A DNA stretch of 64,000 bases from Antedon mediterranea. Taxonomy: Eukaryota > Animalia > Echinodermata. Location of the stretch: contig NC_092676.1 in assembly GCF_964355755.1 (NCBI RefSeq), forward strand, positions 1,679,788 to 1,743,787, given 5' to 3'. Of the stretch, positions 50,439-63,175 are shown piece by piece (the first letter of the stretch is position 1; the number at the start of each line of letters is the position of its first letter). A program made the position numbers and the translations under genes. Under the pieces are notes generated by a model. That model did not search any database and had not been told where the DNA came from. It saw only the letters and a list, made by a program, of their open reading frames with translations.

Positions 50439-53400
50439 AATAATAATTTATCTGGAAAACGCTTTTTGAACAGCGGCACACATAATAATGGTGCATCCTT
50501 AAAACAATTAAACATACAATATAAAAATATATGAGTATAAAAATAAAGATAGACTAGATTAAAACAGATAATGCTCAGATAAAACGGAAGTTCGATAAAA
50601 CCAAATTAAAAATAAACTGTAATACTAAAACCAATTAAATGCAACCCACATACATAAGCTTGGACACTAAATTAGCATATCAATTAGTATATGAACAAAT
50701 GAATATACAGTACTTAGAATCTATGTTAAGATATACACATTCTTGATACACAGTGTCTACCAGCAAAAATAATAAGGAACAATAGGAACCCAAATTAGGG
50801 ACATCAATAAACAGGAAAGCATAGATTAAATTATTTCAGCTGTGGTGAATTATTTGATGACTGTAAACAGAATTGATATAAAAAAAAAGAAAAAGAACAA
50901 AGTAAGATATAACTAAACCAAATTACATACAATAAAAAATATAAAAAATCATTCGATAATGTTAGACTTTATACGTTGTCTAAAGGCCCATGCTTTCTTA
51001 AGATATGATTTGCAGAATTTATCAAGAATGTCATGGGCTTTGTTTACCATATTAATCGACATTGTTGGAATGAGAACAAAACAATCACCACCAAGTATAA
51101 TCATTAAGATAACCTCTGAATTATTTAACTGGAGTGAATTCCATAGATCTGAAAGACCAGAATCATTAAGGTTTTGTTCCAAGCATTCAAATTCTGAAAT
51201 TCGCACTTCTTGTAGTACTTTACAATTTAACATAAAATGATATAAATCTTCAGGTTCATCCTTACATAACATACAATTACCAGTATTATTCATATCCCAT
51301 TTACTTAATCTACTTTCAAGTTGAATAGTATTTGACCTTGCCTTAAATTTCAATTGAGCACCGTGAAAATCAGTTTTAACAGTAAGATAATTTTCTAACT
51401 CAGGCATTTTTTTAAATTTAACATAAAGTGATAATGATGGTTTGGTACAGCTTTTATTAAACCAATCCAATTAATACATTTTACGATTAACACACTTAAA
51501 AGATTTAAACCATGCTGAATCTATAGGTATGTTATTTGAAAATACATGATTAAATCCAGTATTATTCAGAATACTTTTAATTGAGTTTAACCATCGCCAT
51601 TTTATATTAACATTATTATCATGCAAGGTAAATAATGCATGCAACAGCAGCTTTGGCCAACGATGGGCTTCTAAGTTGATAAGCCTGTCAAAATATTTAA
51701 TTTTTATTTCATTAGGGGTATTTTCAATGCTATCCCATCCTAAGTCACCCAACAGAGCCAATGATGGCGTGTTCCTCGGTGCTTTTAGTAGTGTTTTAGC
51801 CATTTGTAGCTGACTGTTTTCGATTTTTTTGTAATCACTGCCACTATAAGCTGATATTGCACATGCGTAGTTAATTGAAGGTAGTGCTATAGTTTTCCAC
51901 AAGATATTACCAAAATAAATCCTATTAAAATCTTCTTGCTCATTAATAATGGACTTGATATATCCAATTAATCTATTTCCTTTTCTAACTACATCATTAA
52001 CATGTATACTTTCGGAGAAGTTTCTTGAAATATTCACTCCCAAGTATTTGTAACAATCTACTTCTTTGATGAAGTGGTTTGCAAGAGGCCATTGTTTAGT
52101 TTTATTAGTACGTTTACCAACAACCACAACATTTGATTTGTCATAATTAAAGTTAAGTTTCCATTTTTTGGGGAAAATTCCAGCGATAGATAACATTTTC
52201 TCCAGATCATTTTCATCTTTAGCAATCAAGACAACGTCGTCAGCCCAAAAAAGACAGCTAATTTTTGTGCCTAAAGTATGACATCCGACATTTTCATTAT
52301 ATAACATTTTGGAGAGTTCATTTATAAAAATACAAGGTCGGTGATAATACGCAGCCTTGCTTAACCCCTTCATCGACATCAAAATAATCAGTTACAAAAT
52401 CACCAAACTTAACATTACATTTGACATTTGTCTAAAGTTTATCAATAATTTTCCAGACTTTACCATGGATACCAGTATTCCATGCTATTGACAAAAGGCC
52501 ATTACGCCAAACCGTGTCAAAAGCCTTACGGAAATCCAGGAAGGCTAAGTATGTTAACTTATTTTCCGCATTTCGCGTAGCCAATATGCTTTTAAGTGTA
52601 AATATGTGGTCCTCACATCTATGATTTTTCCTAAAGCCTCCCTGGATTTCCGTAAGAATACTATTACTCTCAAGAAATTCTGAGATACGATCACAAATAA
52701 TACGATTGAAAATTTTAGCAACACATGATAATAATGTGATACCTCTATAGTTATTTAAATCGTTCTTGCTACCTTTTTTATTGATAGGTATAATGATCCC
52801 TTTATTCCACTCGGTGGGAATTTTCTCTGATTTAACAAAATAGTTAAAAAGATATGTAAGTGACCTAATAAGGCAGTCACCTCCGTTCTTTAACAATTCG
52901 TTAGTGATGCCATCAACACCAGGTGCTTTATTGTTTTTAGAACGAAGTATTGAACTTTTAACATCTTCAAATGAAATTCTTATATCATCCAGTACTTTTT
53001 GTGGATCATCATTAACATAATTTATATAATTTTCCCTAACATCAGAAACATGACTATTGATAACTATATCATTATAAGTATTGACACCAGTTTGATTACC
53101 CAAGTTACTCCAATAAATTTTAATCAAGTTAGCCATAACCTGTTTGTCTGAGGTAACTTGTGTAGAGTCGGGAATTTTTAGGTTAGAAGGAACAATTACC
53201 TTCTTAGGCCCCTTAATTCGTTCCAAAAATCTTTAGAACTCTGACCACCTGCTTTCGCTATGGCAACACTTTTGTCAACTTTCAATTGCATCATTTTATT
53301 TTTTATTAAATTTTTCGCTTGAGTTTTTTTAATTTTATAATCCTTCCATAAAGCATCCCCCTTATCAAGATCTGTCCTATTATGTTTAGACCATGCACGG

Positions 53401-53790
53401 TGCTCCTTACAAGCACGTTTACGTTCTTGAATGGCGGCAGTGTCTATTGTCTTATCCACCATTGTTTACTTTTGCTTTTAACATCCTTAAAGCCAATTGT
53501 ATTATTAGTAACTGAAATAAGAGTATCTTTCCATTTTCCCCACCATAATTTATATCACTAATATCCTCAAGGTTATTATTAAACCAAATGTTGTCAAATT
53601 TATCAATAATTGAATTTTTGTAAGCAGACCAGTCTTGATCGCTTTTAATTTTCCAAACTTGTCGTTTATTATCATTCGAATTTTTTACATTAGTATTATA
53701 TTCAAATTTAAGATAGGCTAGTAGCACATTATGGTCACTACCCATGTGGACCATTTTATGTATAAATTTATCGACACTACACGAGGATTA
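50439..53790 (-). mobile_element. 5'-truncated, frameshifted LINE ORF2 with C-terminal CCHC finger (RTE-X-like, clade uncertain)
   Basis: KAPGVDG, NYRGITLLS, QGGFRK, DFRKAFD, WADD, CMLC..EDLYHFMLNC; TSD TTATAATAAT at 50429 and 53791; empty site at ~60387. Confidence 0.9.
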
Positions 53791-54214
53791 TTATAATAAT
53801 GAAGATCATCTTTATTTACAACCGTATACAAATTACATTATTTTCTTCGCGCAAGTCCGACTTGAACTACGTCACGCCATAGCGACAATGGCAGATGCGG
53901 AAATTCACCACGCGATGGAATGTTTAGGGGGCCTGTAACGCCAAATGAAGTGACATTGCCAAATGAGGTTCGCGTGGTCTGTATCGCACAAGGCTAGGTC
54001 ACTTAATTTGGCAGCACGATTCTGGCGAGCTAATTTTGTTATCAAATATTGATATTATTTATTTCCAAATAAACACAAACTGGAAATTTTTAACCTGAGT
54101 ATTTCTAACCTAATAATCTTTACTCATTGTATGAAATTAAACCATTATAACTGAAACATACGACGAAAATTTACGATTTTAGTGTAAAAAAACGAAAGGC
54201 ACTGTCATAGAAAA

Positions 54215-55275
54215 AGGCCAACAGCCATTAAGTCGCGTGCTACAATGCATAGTGATACCGGACCGACAGACAGACCGATAGACAGACCGACAGACAGACC
54301 GACAGACAGACAGACCGACAGACAGACAGACAGACCGACCGACATAGTGAACTATACTGACCGAAATTACTGAACATGTTTAAAAATGTTGAAATGTTTA
54401 AAAACATTTATATTTTTAGTCGCGTGGAAGCGACTCTATAGTTCACTATGTCGGTCGGTCGGTCTGTCTGTCTGTCTGTCTGTCGGTCTGTCTGTCGGTC
54501 TGTCTGTCTGTCTGTCTGTCGGTCCGGTATCACTATGCGTTTTATCGCATTATGACCTTATCTTGATATCAGTTTAATCTAGCTAAGTCAATTTTTCACA
54601 GAATATTCCTTATGGCCAGGAATCGATGTGGTTATGTTTTCACGGTGCGCAATAAAAAATTACGCGGTCTACGCACGATTTAACGAAATCACGTTTGTAA
54701 TCATATCTTAACAACCATGAATCACAATTAAATAAAATTTGGTACTCATAAATTTCAGGGCATAAATCATCATATGGCAATACAATTACGTGCGTAGCGC
54801 ATGTAACGCATGCGTAAGCGCGCTTAAAATTTTCAAAATTTATTTTCGATGAAATAAGAGTACGTTTCAGGCAATTTTAAGCGTTTACAAAATTGCCATG
54901 AGTGCGCAGATTTTTGCGCGCGCACTGCGCGTTAAATGTTATTGCGCACTCTTCTTGCCCGATTTCTGTTTTCTTGACTTACTTTTCAACTCGAAATTAC
55001 GTTATACGAGCACGTCAAAAGTGACAGGCTACGCACGTTTAAATTAAAAAAATATAAATGTTTTTAAACATTTCAACATTTTTAAACATGTTCAGTAATT
55101 TTGGTCAGTATAGTTCACTATGTCGGTCGGTCCGTCTGTCTGTCGGTCTGTCTGTCGGTCTGTTTTTCTGTCGGTCCGGTATCACTATGCATTGTAGCAC
55201 GCGACTTAATGGCTGTTGGCCTTGTTTTAATTTACACGTGCGTAGCCTGTCACTTTCGACGTGCTCGTATAACGT
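54215..55275. mobile_element. HINE/DINE-1-like element (54413-55228) with (GTCT/GTCG)n tracts and inverted duplications of its 3' part on both sides
   Basis: TTTTTAGTCGCGTG...CACGCGACT subTIRs and 3' hairpin; 54215-54410 is the reverse complement of ~55055-55225. Confidence 0.7.
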
Positions 55276-55756
55276 AATTTCGAGTTGAAAAGTAAGAGGA
55301 CATCTTAATATCTGTTCTAAAGACTCCTTAATATCAGTTCTAGAATTAACCTTAATATCAGTTCTTTTCTAATGAAGAATCTTAAACTTAACAATATACA
55401 ACAAAAAACAATGTACGATCCCGTTTAACACTGTTCTCAACTATAGTCATTTTGGTATGCTTGAGCACAGTGATAAAGAATAGGATAAACTTAACAATAT
55501 ACAACAAATAACATTAATGTACGATCCAGTTTAACACTGTTCTCGACTATAGTCATTTTGGTATACTTGAGCACAGTGATAAAGAATAGGATAAACTTCG
55601 ATGCCGTTTAATACTGTTTAAACTATAGTCATTTGAGTATATTTAAGCACAGCTAAAGAATAAGATCAACTTTAATACTATTTATTAAATAAAAAAAACT
55701 AATTCTATATTAACGCATATTATTTACATATACTTTCACTGCTCATTTCTAGTATA

Positions 55757-55867
55757 AACAGGCCATAGGCCTATACATGGCTGCAGTCGCGTGCTCAAAT
55801 TTGAGTTGGTGTTTACCGACCGACCGACATAGTGAGCTGTAGAGTCGCGTTTGCACGCTACTAAAAA
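55757..55867 (-). mobile_element. Short HINE-like element
   Basis: Reverse complement of the 24911-25018 family. Confidence 0.6.
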
Positions 55868-56729
55868 GTTCACAAAAACCGTAGGACGGGGCACAGGGGA
55901 GTTTGTTCGAAACTCCAACCCCTCCCCTGGCTATGCGTTTTGACTTTTCATGCCTCCTTTACAAACCAAGATTATTAGAAGGATATTAGGAGGATCAAAC
56001 ACAATTCTTGTTGCCAGATTTCATTGACATTACAGGTATGAAGTCTATCAATATACAGTACCGCTTAATACAATACTTGTTGAGGCCAAAAAAAAAAGTC
56101 GATTTATATCAATATACTCATCAACATAATGTACGTGCAATTCACGTCTTTATTCATCTACAATCAATAGTGTTAATTCCACTTTTAAAAGTCGATTTAT
56201 ATCAATATACTCATCAACATATGTACGTGTCCACGTCATATTCATCTACAAATATTAGTGTTATTTCACTTTTAAAAGTCGATTTATCAATATACTCATC
56301 AATAAATGTACTTTTCCACGTCATATTCATTTACAAATCAGTGTTATTTCACTTTTCGAAGGCAATTATATCAATATAGGCCTACTCATCAACATGTACG
56401 TGCAATTCACGTCATATTCATATATGATCAATAGTGCCAATATGACACCTATTCATTTACACAGTTTACAACGTACCTCTCTCATTTTGAATTTGTCCTG
56501 CACTGGGAAGAATTTGTTTTTGAAAAAGAGTGTGGGGTTTTATTGAAGAGGAGTGGAGGTTGGTGAGTATAGGGAGATATTAAGAATTAGAAGAATTTAT
56601 TTCTAACAAATCAGCCGAGTGTTTGGTGTGATTGAGTTGGTGAGTATAGGGAGATACTGACGTCCAGGGGGTTATGAGGTCCATCAAATTAATCGGAATT
56701 TCATTGAGACAGTTTTAAACTAACTTGGA

Positions 56730-58935
56730 AACCCGCCCTGGGGCGGGTATAATTGCTAGTATTTTATATACCTGCATTGGCCAATGTTTAGCCTTTGTTA
56801 CCCAGACGTGTGCAACTCGACTAAAAGCTCGACTTTATTAAGTCGAACTGCAAACTTTGACTACTTCGTTTTTGAATCGAATATGAAGCAATAGCTCGAA
56901 ATACGACTTTTTCAAGTCGAACTTCGAACTACGACTAAAGTCCGGTTTAAGAATACGGGCGTATGTTTGAGGAAAACGAAGAAATATATCATGTTGACGT
57001 ATAGCAAATATTATTGTTATAATATAGCAAAGGAAACAGATGATAACACTTCAGTTTTATATTGTTTTGATTTGTCCTGCTATTTTAGTAAAATCTTCAC
57101 CCATACTTCAGTAAACACAATTGCTCATTGTAAAGATCTATATCATAACAATAAAATTTACAACATAATTATTTCTTCATTTTTCTCAAACAAGGAATAA
57201 TAAAGACTCTAGTCTCTGACCAAATTAGAAAGTTGGATTTTCACAACTGAACAAAACACAAAAAGGTTGTTATAAAGATGAAAATCGTTAATCTGTTGGT
57301 GATGACCTGCTTGTTGATATTCAGACATGGAGGAGCTTCAAGAAGTTTGGTAGCATTTGATGCTAAGTTTCACTACACATCAACAAGTAAGGTAAACATT
57401 ACAATCACACCATCAAGTGAACAACAGAATGTTACTCGTTCAGGAAAATTTACACTAGTTCAATGTCCACTTTTCATTTCGTTTGGTTCTAATCAAGGAC
57501 TATACTCATGTCAATTTGATGATAAAACTCAATATAGTCTTTATACATCGGATATAACACATACCACCACATCTCAACCAGAACTTGTAAAACTCTATTG
57601 TGACGGTATGGGAGACATCATTGAAGGAGAGGAAGTACACATTTCATGTGATTTGATCAGAAAAAATGACAACATCCAATATGAAGTGACAACTATTTGG
57701 GTTCAAGGAAATCACAACATTATACAGACTCATCATACAGATACTGACATGACAATTAATCAGACTCTTAAAGGTTTTCATTCTGGAGAAGGGCTGTTTT
57801 GGTACTGTATTTCATTTGAGAATAGAATTAATTGCTATAGATTGGCTATGACAGTTCATCCCCAATTAATGGTAAAGGTCACAAGGGTATATGAAGTTGA
57901 TGTGAACCAGAATTGCTTCAAGTGCTATGCAGAAGGTGGATCTGGTGACAAGAAAATCTATAATTGGAGTTTGAATGGAGAGAAAATCAAGAATTACAAT
58001 GAACCTGATGAAAGATGCTTTAGTGATTTACCCGCTGGTGACTACACTGTCAAGTGTCTGGTGAGTACCGATTTTCAGAACAGATCTGATGAGATAGAAT
58101 TCACAATTGAAGCAGAAACCATGACAGCTAATAAAATAATCATAATACTGGTATCAAGTAACATCATACTGATATTGATAGTTTTACTCATGTTTGTTGT
58201 GTGTTGGTATGAACAACAAAAGAGAAAACATCACAACACACCTGTACCAGCTGTGCACTATCAAAGTAATAATGACACAAATAGTGTTGGTGACACTTTA
58301 AATGTTTCCGGTGAAAATAATGAGATTTACTGTTCAATTGATGATCATACAGAAGAATAAATATAGCACTCCTATGTCACCTTTGACACTGTGATTGAAA
58401 ACAAAAGGTTACAAAATGCAAGAAATGAGAACAGAGAGACAGAATAACTATGTTAGCTCATGTAAATATTATTCTTCACAAAATTAGTTTGGATATTAAA
58501 GTAGCAACAAAAACCAAAACTCAAATACTAAATATTATTTTTTATGTTACTATATTATAAACCTACACAAATACAAACTTCACTTTATCCCTGGCCACAT
58601 CAGGAAAAGATTTGATTTTCACAAAAAACAATTCAGAGAGGTTTTTAAAGATGACTTTGAAATTCATTAACTTGTTGGTGATCTGCTTGTTGATATTCAG
58701 ACATGGAGCTTCAAGACAGTTGGTACAATTTAAACGAGGTTTTTATTACCAATCAAACACAGACCTACAACCTGTGACAATTAAATCATTAAATGAAAAA
58801 CAGGAAATGCTCGATTTACCGGGAAAAGATGTAACTTTGAAATGCCAACTTTTAATTTCTTTTGGTCAAACTAAATGGAATATACACATGTCAAGATGAT
58901 TATAGTTTACAATATTGGGTTCCTTCATCAGATGT
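56730..58935 (+). repeat. Near-identical duplication of ~46905-49107
   Basis: Offset ~9825; includes MITE end, upstream region, gene 8/11 and the start of gene 9/12. Confidence 0.9.
57278..58360 (+). CDS. Receptor copy 11 (intact, 360 aa)
   Basis: Same architecture; differences from copy 8 are concentrated in the signal peptide and D1. Confidence 0.9.
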   Translation: MKIVNLLVMTCLLIFRHGGASRSLVAFDAKFHYTSTSKVNITITPSSEQQNVTRSGKFTLVQCPLFISFGSNQGLYSCQFDDKTQYSLYTSDITHTTTSQPELVKLYCDGMGDIIEGEEVHISCDLIRKNDNIQYEVTTIWVQGNHNIIQTHHTDTDMTINQTLKGFHSGEGLFWYCISFENRINCYRLAMTVHPQLMVKVTRVYEVDVNQNCFKCYAEGGSGDKKIYNWSLNGEKIKNYNEPDERCFSDLPAGDYTVKCLVSTDFQNRSDEIEFTIEAETMTANKIIIILVSSNIILILIVLLMFVVCWYEQQKRKHHNTPVPAVHYQSNNDTNSVGDTLNVSGENNEIYCSIDDHTEE

Positions 58936-60119
58936 TGCACAGAGAAAACGTCCACCACAGTATGTACAATTTTACTGTGACAAATATGAAAGACATTGTT
59001 GAAGGACAGAATGTATACATTTCATGTGACTTGAATAGGAAAAATGACAACTTCCAATATGACACAACAATTGGTTGGATCCAAGGATAACACAACATTA
59101 CACAATTTCATCATCTAGATACTGACAACACTACAACCATTAATCAGACTTTAAAAGGATTTCATTCCAGAGAAGGAATATTTTTCTACTGTTTTTCAAA
59201 TCTAAACCAAAGAACATATGTGAGTATTAAGTGCTACACATTGGTATTGCTGGTTCATCCTCAATTTAGGAGTGGAGCTGTGGCTTGGTGGCTACCAATC
59301 TAAGGGTCCTGGGTTCAAGTCCTGTCATATGTCAGGGTTTTTTTCTCATGAAAATTTACAACTCCACTCCCAAAGACTTTGTTTATGTAGAGCATCTTGT
59401 GTATATGTTTGTCTTATATGTTCTAGTGCAGTATAAGGAGAGCCATCTCGATAGTGCTTTGCACTCATGGCAATCCTCAGGGTGCTGCACCGCTGTATTG
59501 TCATGTATTGTTGTGCCTGAAAATTGAATAAAACATAAAATAAAACATAAAACAATTAAAGGTAGATGTTACCAGGTTGTATGAAACACATGATATTGAT
59601 GTGAACCAGAATTGCTTCAAGTGCTATGCAGAAGGTGGATCTGGTGACAAGGGAATTTACAATTGGAGTTTGATAGGAGAGGGCTTCCAGTATCAGTATT
59701 ATAATGAAACTGATGAAAGATGCTTTGGTAATTTACCAGCTGGTGACTACACTGTTACGTGTCTGGTGAGTACTGATATTCAGAACAGATCTGATGAGAT
59801 AACATTTACAATTGAAGATGCTATGCTAGCAATGACAACATCTCAAGAAATTATTAGTGACGCCATACAAACAGACAGACTGACAACATCTCAAGATATC
59901 AAATGTTCCGTGCCAACAGAAATCATGACAGCTAATAAAATAATCATAATATTAGTAACAAGTAACATCATACTGATAGTTTTCCTTGTGTTTGTTGTGT
60001 GTTATTATGAACAACAAAAGAGGAAACAGCAGAACACACTTGTACCTTTTGTGCACTATCAAAGTAATAATGACACAATTACGCCCGTATTCTCAAACCG
60101 GACTTTAGTCGTAGTTTGA
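58651..60119 (+). pseudogene. Receptor copy 12: frameshift, nonsense codon (59088), SINE insertion, MITE-derived tail
   Basis: ORF pieces 58612-58899, 58875-59090 and 59577-60119 align in order to the family. Confidence 0.85.
59267..59552 (+). mobile_element. tRNA-derived SINE with CAATT target-site duplication
   Basis: Interrupts CATCCTCAATT|AAAGGTAGA; A/B boxes, A-rich tail; homologous to 10258-10450. Confidence 0.9.
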
Positions 60120-61184
60120 GCTAAAACTTTAAAAATGACGTCATTTTAATTCATAAACCGAACTTCAACTAAATCGCCGACTAATTCAGGCCAACCTCGA
60201 CTAAATCGAGACGGATTTTGATCGATTTTTTTAGTCCTGGAGGGGGCAGGCTAAATGGTCGACTAAATGGTTTTTAAACGATGTTTATGAAAAACGTAAC
60301 AGTCATTGAGTTGTTATATTGGCCAGATATTGAAGAATGAAATATCTATTTTTATATTAGCTTAATTAAATATACATTGGTATAAGTTATAATAATGAAA
60401 ATCATCTTGAACTACGTCACGCCATATAATAGCGACAATGGCAGATGCGGAAATTCACAACGCGATGGAATGTTTACATTTATATATAAGTATATAATCT
60501 TACATGGCTTCCCAATTATATACAAGTTTTCAGTTGGATTTTTTTTTTCCAATTGATAGATAACTTTCTTGGGTTTTTTTGCCTCTTTCATTTTCAACTG
60601 AATCACCTTTTTCATACATTATGATTTACTTTATTATAACTCTAAAAAAAATATATATATAAAATATCAGTAATTATAATGTTTTACTTAAATATAAATA
60701 TGAAAGAAATAAATGTTTATTTCAACCATTGAACACGCTATGAAGTGCGTAGTTCGTCGCGATCATACTTTGTTGGGGGCCTAGAAAATATAAAAGTTAC
60801 CGTACCGCCATGGTTCCTAAATATAGTTGTTTGTTGTTAATCAAAAGTACTTCACTGTTAAATTAATACTGATCTTGTTCTAATAATTAACGATTACAAT
60901 TATTTTTCATGTATATAGTCCTGATGCGTACCCTAAAAAGTGTTGTAAGAAAATGGAAAGTGATATCAATGCGCAAAATTTCGTCTGCTCCTCAAATACT
61001 CTCTTGTCATTGACCAATATTTAGCCTTTGTTACCCAGACGTGTGCAACTCGACTTCATTAAGTCGAACTGCAAACTTCGACTACTTCGTTTTTGAATCG
61101 AATTTGAAGTAATAGCTCGAACTATACGACTTTTTCAAGTCGAACTTCGAACTACGACTAAAGTCCGGTTTAAGAATACGGGCG
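60081..61184. mobile_element. ~1.1-kb MITE with CGCCCGTATTC TIRs
   Basis: Left TACGCCCGTATTCTCAAACCGGACTTTAGTCGTAGTT, right AACTACGACTAAAGTCCGGTTTAAGAATACGGGCG. Confidence 0.85.
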
Positions 61185-61362
61185 AGAATCTTTACAATGA
61201 GCAATTGTGTTTACTGAAGTATGGGTGAAGATTTTACAAAAATAGCAGGACAAATCAAAACAATATAAAACTGAAGTGTTATCATCTGTTTCCTTTTGCT
61301 ATATTATAACAATAATATTTGCTATACGTCAACATGATATATTTCTTCGTTTTCCTCAAACA

Positions 61363-61409
61363 TACGCCCGTATTCTTAAACCGGACTTTAGTCGTAGTTC
61401 GAAGTTCGA
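61363..61409 (-). mobile_element. Isolated inverted MITE right end
   Basis: TACGCCCGTATTCTTAAACCGGACTTTAGTCGTAGTTCGAAGTTCGA is the reverse complement of the right terminus. Confidence 0.8.
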
Positions 61410-62836
61410 GCCGGTCAGTCTAATTATCGAAAACAACCGAAAATAAGCAAAAACAACCGAAAACAACCATAAACAACCGAAAACGAACCGAAAACAAAAT
61501 AAAACAATCTAAATACCGAAAACAAATTTGTATAATATTTTTTTAGGGACTATAAAGTATACTTAAAACAAGCTCACGATAAAGGATTCACAATAAAATC
61601 TATTTAGATTACCGTAGTCGAGTAAATAACGTTTTTATCCTTAATCACTTCAGTATCACTTCGAAAACCGGGGACGAAAACGCAAAGTTAGGTAAAATCA
61701 TGCTTTGTTTTTTAAAAGACTAAAAACGAAATGTGTTTATAGATTTTGTAAGTAAATGTATTCTACGGTGTATTTCATTGAATTTGTACGATTTTGAGTT
61801 GTATTTTGTGCACACTACCATTTACTGAATTTTACAATTTATATGCACCACTATCTCTATAAGTATTACAAAATACAGTAAAAATAATATGTTTTTATTA
61901 ATAAATAATAATATAGTCAGATTTATATTATAGCGCATATAAACGATGTCTCTATGTGCTCGATAATAAAGAGAAAGAGATTAAAAATCATGCATTTATA
62001 TAAATTTATCATAGTTTAAGTTTAAACTTGACTGATGTTATAAGTTTGATAAATACACATTTGATTATCTCATAATCAATAGATAATTTTAAAGCCCACC
62101 ATTTTGATTTGGTTGGTTGGTTTTGACACACAAAAGAATTACATAGATGAATACACAGTGTTAAATTGTTTTTATTATTCTGTCTTGATTGATTAAAAGA
62201 AGGAACTAGATGTCACATTGATGATAGCTACCTTACTGAATACAGTATTTCAACTTAATTATAAAACAATAACTTTAAATCTGTAAACAGCATTGCTTAG
62301 AATGACCTGTTCTTATAACAAGAAGCACACTATATCTACTAGTTTATTGATAATGTATAATATATAGTTTAGTTATTAAAGATATAAAACATAATGTAAA
62401 CTAGTATTAAACATTACTGGTATTATACTGGTCCACTATACGCTGTCTGTGCACTGTGTAATAGGATAATATGAAGGAAGTACAGTAGGCCTATTTGGCA
62501 TAGTATAGTGAGGGTGGCAGTGGAGTAGGCAATACGTAATTGTTCTGCTTGCATTTATCTAAAAATACACATTGGTTAAAACTAATTGACAATATTTCAA
62601 AAACTATATTGATACTAGTGTCTTGATCTATACTGTATAGTGAATAACAACCATCTGTTTAAAAATCTGAACAAAAAAAAACACATTAAGTTGTATAAAT
62701 GTTTATCTTACAATAGTATTATATTAAAGTTTTAAAAGCCAATGTCAAATGATAAATCATAAAATAATTTATCCACGCATTCTGTAAATTGGTGAGTTAC
62801 TCGCTGTTCGATGCGTATGAAATTAAAACAGATATA

Positions 62837-63175
62837 CCGTATTGTTTCTAATAAATAAAAAGGGGGGGGGGGCGTTTATTGGAGGTAAATTTCAACACCC
62901 AAAATTACCTGAACAGGCTGCTTTAAAACAGTTAAAAAGTTTGTTATTTGTTGAAAAACAATTTAATGTGCAAGCTATATCTAGGCCATATTCCGTTTGC
63001 TACAGTAGTTATTTGAACAGCAATAAGTTCATCGCTAGTGGGTGAAATAAATATATTTTCTTTTATTACCAATCTAACGCTCCTATATGGACTGGATACA
63101 CATGCAATTCTATTTGAGCACTCATTACAATATGGAAACAATCTCAGAGCGGGCGTTTATTAGGAAACAATACGG
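62837..63175. mobile_element. Tc1/mariner-pogo-type MITE
   Basis: TA|CCGTATTGTTTCTAATAAA...TTTATTAGGAAACAATACGG|TA. Confidence 0.85.

Larger units (their letters stand above)
50122..56963. mobile_element. MITE (possibly PIF/Harbinger-like) left and right ends enclosing nested insertions
   Basis: ~40-bp TIR TACGCCCGTATTCTCAAACTGGACTTTAGTCGTAGTTCGA; compact version at 60081-61184. Confidence 0.7.
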
